A stretch of 64,000 nt of DNA from Paraspadella gotoi (taxonomy: Eukaryota > Animalia > Chaetognatha), in the NCBI GenBank assembly GCA_051294375.1, contig CM119266.1:11546881-11610880 (forward strand), in the 5' to 3' direction. The stretch's first letter is position 1, and every line of letters begins with the position of its first letter. The notes beneath the pieces are model-generated. The model made no database searches, was not told the origin of the DNA, and saw only the letters and a list, made by a program, of their open reading frames with translations. Shown here piece by piece: positions 1 through 40,207 of the stretch. The position numbers and the translations under genes are program-made.

Positions 1-2285
1 TGAAAATCGATGTCAAGCTCGCCAAAGAAGGGAGAGGCGGGAACCCACCGCTGAAACGACCTTACCATCAGACCAACCAATACGACAAGCACAAACCTGC
101 CCGGGAAGAATATAGAAGGTGACTTTTTTATTTTTGTTTTGTTTTGTTTTGTTTTGTTACTGTTATAGTAACAGGATATGAGCTGTGGATTGTTACCGTT
201 TCTTTATTTTTATAGTCGTGGACGTGAACCCCCACCTCCTTCGGATAGATATTATCCCGAAAGATCGCGATCCCCGCACGGCTACGACCGAAGAGAAGAC
301 TCCTATCGGCGAGAAGCTTATCCGCCAAGGTGATATCAATTGTAGTTCAAATTTTCTCTGTGGAATTCTATTATGAAATTAATAATTACCCATTCATTTA
401 CTAAATGAGCTATCCTGGCCTTAATATACAATTGATTATTTCCGAGTTTTAATTGATTGTTTGAATTGTCGTCGCTAACCAATCTAAAACGATGGATGAC
501 TGGTTTAGGCCTTGAACCAACCAATCAATCAATCAATAAATCAAATATTTATCAGTATTTAGACGTTCCCTGTTGGTACTAATTATTTATTATATTGAGG
601 AAAAAAAAGTCAAAAATCTAATGTGTAGTTAAATTTTTAAAACTTTTTTATTAAAAATAAATAAAGTTATTATTATCAAAACCAAAAGTACGTTTTAGAT
701 TTAGTGACAAAAATAGGCCGCATTAAAATAAACTTTTTAATCTAAAAATATAATGGAAGCAATATATATATATTTTTAGCCGTGAACGTGATTACGCTCG
801 TCGTGACGAACACTACGAATACAAACGTCCGTCGGGTTACGACGAATATCACCGAAGGGATGACCCGTATAGACGCGCCGAGGAGGATCACGCCAAAAGG
901 TATGTCATTGTCAAGATGTCATTTAATAAAATATATTTCTATACGGAAATAAATAGTAGCGATGAGAGGGAATCTTCTTTCAAGATTCTTTAGCGAACAA
1001 AAAAAAATTAAGCTTTGTTCAAAAATCTTCACCCCTTTATTTCAGAGAAGCTCGCGAACGGCCCGCGCCTCCGCCACCAGCCAGTGATCCCGTAAAAGAT
1101 CGACCGATTGACGCTTACTTCATCGTCATTCACAAATTGCAGAGAAGTTACTCTGAGAGCATCGAGAACCGTCTCAAAGAATACGGCGTCTTGACCGATA
1201 TGGTCTTTCTGACCGACGAAAAGAATCTTCAACCAGTAAGTGATGACGTGAAAATATATATATATATATATTTTTTTTTTTATAGAATTTTATTAGTTGT
1301 AACCAAATTGGATCCTAGGCCATTGAGGATATCGGAAGACGAGGAGCTCTGTACGCGATAACAGTCTCGCAACAACACGAAATGCACAGATCTTTGACTC
1401 TTAATATTTTGCAAGGGACTCCTCAAGGTAAAAAAACGGGTCTAAAGGAGTCGTATTTAATGCTTTCTCATTGCTTGGTCTCGTACTTGATTTTATTTTC
1501 TGAAGTATGTTTTCGCTTGAAACTTTGTTGTATTTTACGAAACCTGGTAAAATATATAGAATTAATTTTAAACAATGTTTTAATCACGCTGAGGAAGCAG
1601 GTAGTTCATAGTTTTCATCCTTTCTTTAGAATATTCTAAAAGACCCTCAACTACAAGAACTTACTCTATTTTTCAAAACAAAAGCACAACTTTTCGACTT
1701 TTTTTTTATTTTCTGCATATTTTCCGTCGATTTTCAAATTTTAAAATCGTCTTTTAAAATTTTTTTCCGTTTTTTATTTTTAAAGACTTTGAAAAAATAA
1801 CCGATAAAAACAATTTAAAATTAACGTTTTCCCCGATTTTCGTTTTTTTTTTCGACGCCGTATTTTCGAAACCAATTTTTCATACATTAGAAGACATGCA
1901 GAACTAGGTTTTCATATTTTAAATATTTTCTACTATCGCAGAACACCGAAATATGCCCTTGGAGGATGCCATAAGTTTTATTTCGAAAAGTTTTGACGAC
2001 TACATCTCCATTTTAAAAGGTAAAAAAATTAAATTCTTTGTTTTACCTCAATTAAAACGTTTCAACAACCGATCTCTCTCTCAATTCTTTTTTTCAGAAA
2101 AAGCAGAGAGACAACGAAAAGAGGAAGCGATGAAAGTTCCACTGACACATTTGCTCAGTTATCTGGCCGACGGTCGATACCTCACTGTCGAGGAATTGGA
2201 CAGAATTCAATATCATATAAGAGATCGAAAAAATCGACTACTGGCATCGAAAGGATTGCCGGCAGAACCTTCACCTGGATATTAA
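1..2285 (+). CDS. NCOA5: Nuclear receptor coactivator 5-like protein, 3' part (5' end outside window)
   Basis: Phase-consistent GT-AG exons <1-118, 216-329, 780-899, 1046-1235, 1319-1427, 1942-2019, 2098-2285. An RD/RE-rich region is followed by RPIDAYFIVIHKLQRSYSESIENRLKEYGVLTDMVFL...QQHEMHRSLTLNILQGTPQEHRNMPLEDA and LLSYLADGRYLTVEELDRI, matching the NCOA5 core (GTPQEHRNMP) and its LADxRYLT motif. Confidence 0.9.
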
Positions 2286-2639
2286 ATAAAGTCATTCAAA
2301 AATGTATTCAATTTTAAATTGCCTTTATTACATTTACGTTATCTCTGAAGTTAGACCATAACAAATACACCAGCAAAGTTTTACACCATCCCAACATAAA
2401 TACATGATTGGCTAAATTAAAATACGAAATAATGGGGAATAATACACTAAACTCAGGTGAAAATATATTTAAAATTGAGAATTTAATTGAAATAATGGAA
2501 GACATCACAAATATTTAAGTATATTTTGTCCAAAAATATCAGTCGGATTTATTTTCTTTATTATCGTCAATTTAAAGGTAAAAATTTTTGTTACCATTTC
2601 TACCAAAAAAAAATTTTTAAGTTATTACGAAAAGTATTT

Positions 2640-3526
2640 TCAATCTACAATTACTTCGACATCGCTGTCTGAATTATCCAGTGCACATAATCCTAACGGA
2701 CAGCCTGTGTTTTGCTTAGAAGTTTCTTTTTCCCAAGATTTTCCCATATTTTTGCCATTTGATATTTTGATCTGCCCGCCGTTTTCCTGATTTATTTGGG
2801 AGTTGTCTGTCGGAGACTGGTAGATTTCGGTTGACACTAATTTGGAGGGAACACTTTTTATTTTCCTTGAGATTCCGTCCTTGTGATGTTTTTTTAGCAA
2901 ACATTGTTTACTTGCAGACGCAATGTGAAAGTTTCCACTCTGGCCTTCGTAAGCGGCCACGCACAAGAAATTGCTCAATCTAGATTCGCCGCGCAACGTC
3001 TTGCGCCATTTTGCGCGGCGATTTTTGAACCAGACTTCGACTCGTTCCTCTTTCAGTTCGGTCGTCATGGCGATCTCCTCTCGAAGCGACACATCCGGGT
3101 AGTGCGTTTGGAGGAACGTTGATTCCAGGACCTAAGGAATTGAATCAAGTCGTCATCAGGTGAAATAGCTTGTTAAAAGTGAGCATCTATACATTTTACA
3201 ATTACGCGATTGTAATTTAAATCGCAAATTAATTTTACTTTTAATTGTTCTTCGTTGAAGATGGTGCGATGTCGTCTTCTTCGTCTTCCTGTCGCTGATA
3301 AAGACACTGATTGTGATGCTGTCAGTGATGCTGTCATTGATGTCGATTCCGTTCGTTTTTCAGAGAGTGAACGCCACAGATGCTCTGCGTAATTGTTCCG
3401 AAGCGACGGGGGAAAACGTGGCATTTGGCTCAAAGAATTGATGAGATCGTGTGACGAGAGACGCCGCGTTAAATTGGGAGATTTAGTTAAATTTTTGAAG
3501 ACATCCGTTATTGAGGAAGAACTCAT
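2640..3526 (-). CDS. gsc: Goosecoid-like PRD-class K50 homeobox protein
   Basis: Exons 3526-3239 and 3131-2640 (GT-AG intron 3132-3238) give the homeodomain [69 protein letters not shown] and [13 protein letters not shown] (Lys50) are goosecoid signatures. Confidence 0.88.
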
Positions 3527-3888
3527 GACTACGATTTTTGGCGTATGAGTTCATGTGATATACATAAGGAAAATGAAAGTTGCCTCAAAAACGAAAAAAT
3601 AATAACGAATTCGACGTTGAAAACGCTGCTAACGCAATAAAGCTGCAGAGATCAAGTTTTTAAGAAGAAAATGACGTCACTACTGTTGTCTATCGAAAAT
3701 TTAAAGAGGCCTTTTTTGGAGTTGTCATTTAATTATGATCAAATTCAAGCTCGATATATTTAATAATTAGACAAGATTTTAGTAATTTCAAAAAGAATAT
3801 TTAAAAATATTATTTAAAAAGTTGCGAATAGGACTTCATTTAAGGACCTCATTTTAATTTTTATACTCAAATGCAGTCAGGGTGTTAA

Positions 3889-4161
3889 TAATCCAACAGT
3901 TGTATTAAAAAAAATGTGAAAAGTTACAAAATTTTTACATTTATACATCATTTAATTGAATTTTAATTTTGTCTCTTTAATTTTTCATTACTTAACCGTG
4001 GTTAACCGTAGTGACTTTGGGTTTCTCGCCGCTCGTGTGGAATCACACGATGCCCGGCTCAAGTAGGAAAATGAGAAGGGCGATTGTTGTCCCCGCGGCT
4101 TGGCTCTGTTTGACTGCGGCATAATCCTCAATACCCGATCCATTAACTGGAAGGATAATCC
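3889..4161. promoter_or_regulatory. Putative goosecoid upstream regulatory region with three TAATCC (K50 homeodomain) sites
   Basis: TAATCC at 3889-3894, 4122-4127 and 4156-4161, 0.35-0.65 kb upstream of the gsc ATG. Function is inferred only. Confidence 0.3.
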
Positions 4162-4479
4162 GCGTTTCAAGATTTTGTTTGTTCGCTCTAATTACGACCG
4201 AGAGTCGGTAAGGGGGTGGGGATCTTTTTTTTTCAATCTTTTCAAAAAAAGTAAGTTAATTCGCTAGAGGGTTAACATGCCTCGGAGAAGACTAAAACTA
4301 GCTTTACTTTGGTACGACTATCATTCAAATTTTATAAATAGAGAGAGAGAGAGAGCTTTAGATTTTATTTGGAAACGATTTTGGTACAATAGAATTTGGT
4401 TTATAGACAAAGTGCGAAATCGTGATTAAGACATCTAAGACGATAGAAATACTGCAAGTAGGGTAAAGAAGCCTGAGGT

Positions 4480-33211
<28,732 letters not shown>

Positions 33212-33516
33212 TATTTCTTTGTTTTGTTTGTTTTTGTTTTAAATAAATCAAATAATAATAATACTTAAGCCGATTTTCGTATTTTCAGGAAGTCATTGAA
33301 CCGAGTCAGCCATTTTTTTTATTTATACAAGATTCTCTCTTATTCTCTTGCGTCCTCGGTCTCCTAGCGATGGCAAAACTCGTTCAAAACACGAAACAGG
33401 ATTTTGAGTTGATGTTTTCGTGTGTTTTTTGGTTTTTTTTTTTCTTTTTTTTTCTGTCGCCGCGAAGAAAGAAAATCTGGCAAAGCGGAGAAGATGAAGT
33501 ATGCCGTTGGATGTTT

Positions 33517-33671
<155 letters not shown>

Positions 33672-34144
33672 TATAAATCAGCCATCTCGTACCTCATTCT
33701 CTTTTAACATTGAGGAGTCAGGGAAACTTGGAAAAAACTGATTATAGTTAATTTTTATAACAAATAAGATTTAACGCATGTGAAAATTACACATCAATAT
33801 ACAGTACATCATTATACATCATTATACACACTTACGAATTACGATACATATAGTAAAAATTTCTCATTTTTCAGTTAGTATCGTTTTCCTCCTTCCCGCC
33901 GTTCTATTTTTAGCTCATTGTTTCCAGAGGATCATGGGGGTCGAGCCTCCTCGGCTGAAGCATACGGGGCGACTTTTAGCATGCTGTCATCCCATTTCCA
34001 GATCCCGTCATGGCGATTGATAATCCCTTAAGGGAGATCTCATGTAAATTACGAGTGAAAAGTAAAGGCGCAATTGATGTTTTTCAAAACTTTTTTTTCG
34101 ACTATTGAGCTAAGTCTCTATCTTTCTAAGTCTCTATCTTTTTA

Positions 34145-34253
<109 letters not shown>

Positions 34254-34384
34254 ACTCACTCTCTATCTAACTCTATTTTTCATCATATACTACATAAAAG
34301 AACTCAGCATGCAGTCAGCGAAATTTAGATTCAAATACACCTAAATCAAATTTTAAACGAGTCTCAATGCAATCAATGCTTGAA

Positions 34385-36881
34385 TCAAGCCATTCCCGAA
34401 ACGTCCTTTTCTCCAAGAAAGAAATTAGCGACGGTCGCCCCAATGATGGAAAGAAAGACGACGACGACGCCGACGACCTCGATGAGGTAGAGGCCTTCGC
34501 CGAAGAACGCCAACGACAACAACGCGGTCAAGGGGATGATTGCCGCGTTAATGATGTTGCCTAATTTTTAATACGATTATGATTTTAACAAAATTTTAAC
34601 CACTTAAATTGAGCCGAATAATATTTCAAATCTAACGGGGCAATCTAGCACAAAGTTCACTGCTTTTATTGTTTTAAAGCACTTCCCGCTCCAGTCCAAA
34701 TAACAACGCTTACCGAGCAATCCCGCGGTTCCGGACCCGAAAGCCTCCAACTCGACGCATGCGCATTGATGTACGAGTCGGTAGACTGTGGAGAGGACGC
34801 CGACGAGGAAGGCGCCGGACGTTGCCACCGCGTCGTCGAAAGTTGACGGAAAGTAAAATCCGGAAATGGCGTAGCAGACCAACGCAACCACCTGGAATTA
34901 AAAATTTGAAGCGAATCGTGCCCACGTCTTATCTCGGCCCAATTTCAGTACCCCGTGAGTGTACAAAAAAAAATACCGAATTTCAGTAACGGGTAGTCTC
35001 CTAAAAAGGGATCTTCAGAGAGGCCGAATAACAAAATGTGCCTTTCTGGCAACGAGGGGACATGTATGATGCCCGTGTTGTGACGCATCTCTCAACAGGT
35101 GACTTTGGACATGTAGTGACAAGCCCATGACACTGGCGTGTTTATGCCGACATCATCACACTTTAACCAGCGTGGCCGTGAGGGGATTGAACCCGGAACT
35201 CACGGTTGGTGAACGAGTACATAGCTGTCGAAGCGGGACGAGCAGAGTTTTACCCAGCTATAGAGGAGGCGAATTTAGGATTCGCCACAACTTCCCTTTT
35301 AAAATCGATTTCATAATACATGCGTAGATAATAATTAAAATGACTTACCGCGGAGCATAAGACACGAATGCAGATGAAGTTGGACCAGTGAAGATGATCG
35401 AATTTGGCAAAAACAAAAGGCAACGCCATCGTGAAGAGTCCCCCGTAGAGGGCGAAAAAGTAGGCGTATACCGGGACGAAAGTTAGGGTTGGCGTCGCCA
35501 AAAGTGAGACGTCGCTGCGGAATGAAAATGGATTAAATGCGGATTTGGAAACTGATACAACTGATTTGACCGAGTCAAAATCAAGTTGAAAAATTGTACT
35601 TTAAGGTCAGGTCGGGAAGAGTAAGAGAATCCCTGGTCAGTAAAACGTAGTAAAAATTCTAAAAGCGAGGAATGAACATCATTGTACTAATGCACAATAA
35701 TGTTTTTAAAAAATTACAGATTTGGATTTGTTATGAAAAGGTGATAAAAAGAAACATAACTTTTTTTTAAAAAAATATTGCATTAATTTGTTGAAAATCA
35801 GAAAAACTGATGTTTTAAGCTGAAAATTAAATATAGTTTTTTTAATTTTTAACCTACTTAATGTAAGAATTTTTAAAAATTGTTTATATTTTCATTTGTC
35901 AACTTTTGACAAGGAAATCAAATATGCAATCAAAATTAAGAAAAGCCTATTTTGAAATTTTATGATTTTATAGGGGTAGTACTATATCTAAATATAGCGT
36001 ATATATAGCCTATCATATAGCTTTAAAGGTAAATCTCAAACTCGACGTTTCACCTCCTGTTTTGGTTAAAGTTTGCGACTCTTTCGGTCATCGCCGCATT
36101 CGTCGTCACTTTGAAAAGAAAGGTCGGCCTGGCGACGAGAGCGATTCCCAGCGTCGCAAACGCCGCCCCGACGGCGTCGATCACGCCGACGCAGCGCCGT
36201 CGCAGCAGCGCAGATAATAAAGGAGCGAAGAGGACGCCGCACGCGTCTATGGCCGCGTAGTCGCCAAGCGGCATCACCGCCGCTGCCATCCGCCACATCA
36301 GGAAGTTGGCGTTGGTGAAAAAGCCGACCGTCAAGTAGGCCGTCCACTCGGCGGGGTGGAAAACTGTCCAGTGGCGGATGGCGATGGGAAGGACAGGAAG
36401 GGTTGAGAGAGATTCGCCGATGAAGAGATATTGGAACGCCTAAAGGTTTCGGATGGAAGGAGTGAAACATGATGCATCGCGTGAGTTTTCTCTGTCAACC
36501 TTGTAATTGAGATTGTTTGCCAAAAAAAAACTTTATGTTAATTTTGTTGCAATGATTAAAATACGAGTCGTACAGTTGCGAAGCTTACAATTTCCGTTAA
36601 GAACTTTGTAAAATTCAATTGTTGCGTCCACAATGTATCAAATTAAACTCCAGTTTGTAAGCGATGTTGTATGCAGTGGGTCGTGATTTGTTGTTGTTTT
36701 GTTCCGATTATTTACGTAGTGACAATTGCTTGAGTGAAGTCGGTCAAAAGACCTGCGTAGTCGACAATGAAGACGACGCCCGGAAGATGGGCGAGCACAT
36801 GGCGGCGAGAAGAACGTAGAGGGAATAGTGAACGACTCCCCAAAGAAGATGGAGGTGACCTTGGGAAGGCGACGAAGACAT
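34385..36881 (-). CDS. EamA/DMT-superfamily transporter, SLC35G-like
   Basis: Phase-consistent exons 36881-36753, 36439-36054, 35514-35349, 34891-34714, 34560-34385. About 10 hydrophobic segments. MPLGDYAAIDACGVLFAPLLSALL...LGIALVARPTFLF and ALLSLAFFGE..Y.IEVVGVVVVFLSI resemble SLC35G/EamA repeats. Confidence 0.8.
35170..35262 (-). mobile_element. tRNA-derived SINE-like fragment
   Basis: Minus strand CAACCGTGAGTTCCGGGTTCAATCCC (pol III B-box) is similar to 44120-44205. No intact cloverleaf. Confidence 0.4.
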
Positions 36882-36925
36882 CGTTTGGAATTCAACTACG
36901 GATGTTAATAAACAAATCTTAAAAG

Positions 36926-37056
36926 TCATTCATTGATGCAATGATTATCATTCATTGACGCGATGATAGTCATTCATTGATGCGATGATAATCATTCATT
37001 GATGCGATGATAGTCATTCATTGATACGATGATAATCATTCATTGATGCGATGACT
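36926..37056. repeat. 22-bp tandem repeat (TCATTCATTGATGCGATGATAG-like), ~6 copies, just upstream of the SLC35G-like start
   Basis: Visible periodic TCATTCATTGA units. Confidence 0.85.
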
Positions 37057-37550
37057 ACGATCAAAAGAAGCAGAAACGAATTAACATCTCGCCCAAGTCG
37101 GGCATTCGCCCGTCTGACGAGATAAAAAAAATAAGGTTTTCCCACTAGAATAACTTTTAGCTCTATTTTTTTGTAATTCCTTGAATTAGTGATTGTTTCG
37201 TTCAAAATCCACGTCGAAAGAGAGGCGATAAGATTGAAAAAAAAACCCTTACTCTTAGTCTTCTCTTACGGTAAAAGTACCTAAATGTTTGCTCACCAAA
37301 TCACACAATTCACACTTCAAAGATTAAAAGGGGAAAGAAAATTGGGTTTGGTATCGATAGAAAAAAAAAATCCTTAATGTGAACTTTAAAATTGTGGGGT
37401 CTCGACTTTTGGGCCAAAAAAGGTACAACAACGATATCACAAAAAGTAAAATAAAAAATTTAAAAAATAAGAGAAAAAAGAGAGAAGAAAAAAAAATGAA
37501 GAAGTACAGAAGCGAACTTCACGGATTTCAAATGGAAGTGTAATGAAAAG

Positions 37551-37636
37551 AGTTGTTATAACTCTTAACTGACTGACTTGATAATACTGTACAATGTACA
37601 GTATTATCAAGTCAGTCAGTTAAGATTTTAACAACT
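37551..37636. repeat. Near-perfect palindrome (31-bp perfect arms, 1-nt centre)
   Basis: TCTTAACTGACTGACTTGATAATACTGTACA (37563-37593), A, then its exact reverse complement (37595-37625). Extends imperfectly to AGTTGTTA/TAACAACT. Confidence 0.95.
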
Positions 37637-39499
37637 GGCGCGCTTGCCTTTCTGCAGCTTTTTTTTTGGACATTTTTCCAAAGTATTTAGCATTTGATAT
37701 ATATGTATATATATGTATATTCTTCTCAGCGATGCATTTTAAATGATCAATTGATTACCATACGTACCATATGTAGGTATTATTGTAGGTAAAATAGATC
37801 AAGACTTTGAATCCCGATGAATCCTGTGTTATTCGCAACCCCCAGACTCAACACAGCTACAGCTGTAACCCAAAACACCACAATGCAGCAGAAACTGAAA
37901 TTTAAATTTGATGTTCAAAATTTCTTAGTCTGATGTGAAACAGAAAATAAATCGATGTATACTCGGATTTAAACAGATTTAGACTAAGAGACACATTCGC
38001 CTCATCGAATTCCGAAAATCGTTTTCCGTTTCCGAGGGCGAATCGGGTCAGCGGTCACCTGACGTCCGATTTCGTCGCCAGATTTCCTTTTAGAAAAAAA
38101 AGGTTTTCCTCTGTTCTCTTCAGACGTCGTTCTCGGCGCGGATTGGATCAGAATAAGTCAGGATTTAGTACTCTGATTTTGTCAGTATGTAAATATGAAT
38201 TATGCAGTATTCGGCTTAAAATTTAGGGGATTCCAACTGTCTTTTGTATTGGTTCCAAAAGTCAAACCGCGTTTATAAAATTATAATTATAAATTAAGCA
38301 TTATATACGTCATTTCAAGCGATATGATCTCGGTAAAAATCAACATGTCCTCTTAAGTTATGAGAAAAAAATGTTTATAATCCTCAAAATATCTTTATCG
38401 GTCGCAAAATCGATTTCACAATGAAACAAGTAATCAGGAATGGGAACCAACGTTGAAAGAAGGCAATGAAACCGGTCATAGAAACTAGGATTATTTGTCG
38501 AGAAAGTTTGACCTCTGAGGCTCAAGGATATTATTCCTCATGCTTCAGCCATAAGTCGAGTCGTAATCGCTGCCATGAGGGTTAATCCTCGAGATTAAAG
38601 AGAAATAAAAGGGCACGGGACGGACCGAGACGGTTTTTTTTAAGTTAATTTTTTAAATATTCATAAGAAAGATGTTTTTTAAAAAAACTAAGACTTTCTG
38701 TAAATAATTTTTTTGTGTTCCGCAAAACTCGGAGAATCCCCAAAGCTAATGCTTTGACGACTATTTTCATTCTTTTATAAACGCCTTGACAGCGGGAACG
38801 GCGGGAATCGCGAGAAAAATAATGGCGACAATTGCCAAGGGAAAGAACATAATAAATAAAACAATATAAAAAGAAAGAGAGAAGAGGGAAGAGTCAGAGA
38901 GAGAGAGTGATAGATACAGAAGACATATTTTTTTTATTCATAAGCAGGGTATTTTGTCTAATATTTGAAAGTCGCTAACTTTTGATAGTATCAGTTTTGG
39001 GGCAACCTTAAAACCAAAATGAATAATGAATTGACTTTCATAAAAAAAATTACGTTTAATCGACATACAAATATAACTCGAAACAAAAGTTACACAAAAC
39101 AACGACGCGACATCGATATCGATAATTAAAAGAATTAAATAAATTGACAACGGTTAAGAAAAGGGGGAAATATTGATTTTGACTGGCCGTTTCCAAACAA
39201 TGAGGTACTTCGACACCATTCGAATAAAAATGGAAATTGAGCGAGTTCACTATAAGATTCGTACAAAATCGCTGTGAGTAAATCAGATTAAGATTTCATA
39301 AATGAAATAAAACTGAAAGGGTCTCTCCCCAGTTCAGACGGCGACATTAATTTTTCTTGTTTATAATTAAATTCAAACGATGACCAAAAAAAAAGAAGGG
39401 AGAACGACCGTCGCCTTCGTAATAACGTTACAATATTGTACTAAAATATTTATACATTTATAAAAAACATGTTTATTAGAAGAAAGGGCCGATTTTAAG

Positions 39500-39735
39500 A
39501 AGTAGTTTTTTTCACAACAACTTATTGCCAATAGTATTGGACAATGCACGGTTATTCAGATGGAATTTTTGGCCAACAACCGATTGGACAATGCGCGGTT
39601 TTTTCAGATATAGTTTTGGCCAACGGATGATATAGCAATGCGTGTGATTATCAGATGTAGTTTTTTTTTTTTCCAAGAACCAATTAGCTAATTTCGGTTT
39701 TTCATATGTAGTTTTTGGCCAATAATCGATTGGCC
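39500..39735. repeat. Degenerate ~50-55-bp tandem repeat, ~4 copies
   Basis: Recurring TAGTTTTT-GGCCAA...ATTGG-CAATGC-CGGTT-TTCAGAT units. Confidence 0.6.
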
Positions 39736-40053
39736 TGCGGAGTCAGGATTTGGATTTCGTTGAGTTTCGGATCAGGAAAAGGAATTTCCTCGGCTCCGCA
39801 TCGAGGAAGGAGGCATTTGAGCAAATGATGACTCTTCGCCCGTCGGTCTGCGGGGCGGGAAAGGAAAGCGGGAGATACAGAGTGATTTTAAAAGTTCGTA
39901 GTAAAGGGTGATACATTGAGCAATGACCAGACGACGTATCTCACCGACGAAGAGAGAGGATCCGCCGCCACAGAAAATGTCTTGACCTCCTGGTACGTCT
40001 CCCTAAATGAGATTGGTGAGAAAACAACATTATGATAATATATCTATCGGTGC

Positions 40054-40107
<54 letters not shown>

Positions 40108-40141
40108 CTTTCTCTTTCTCTCTCTCTCTTTCTCTCTCTCT

Positions 40142-40187
<46 letters not shown>

Positions 40188-40207
40188 ACCTGATTCCGAA
40201 TCGCTAG

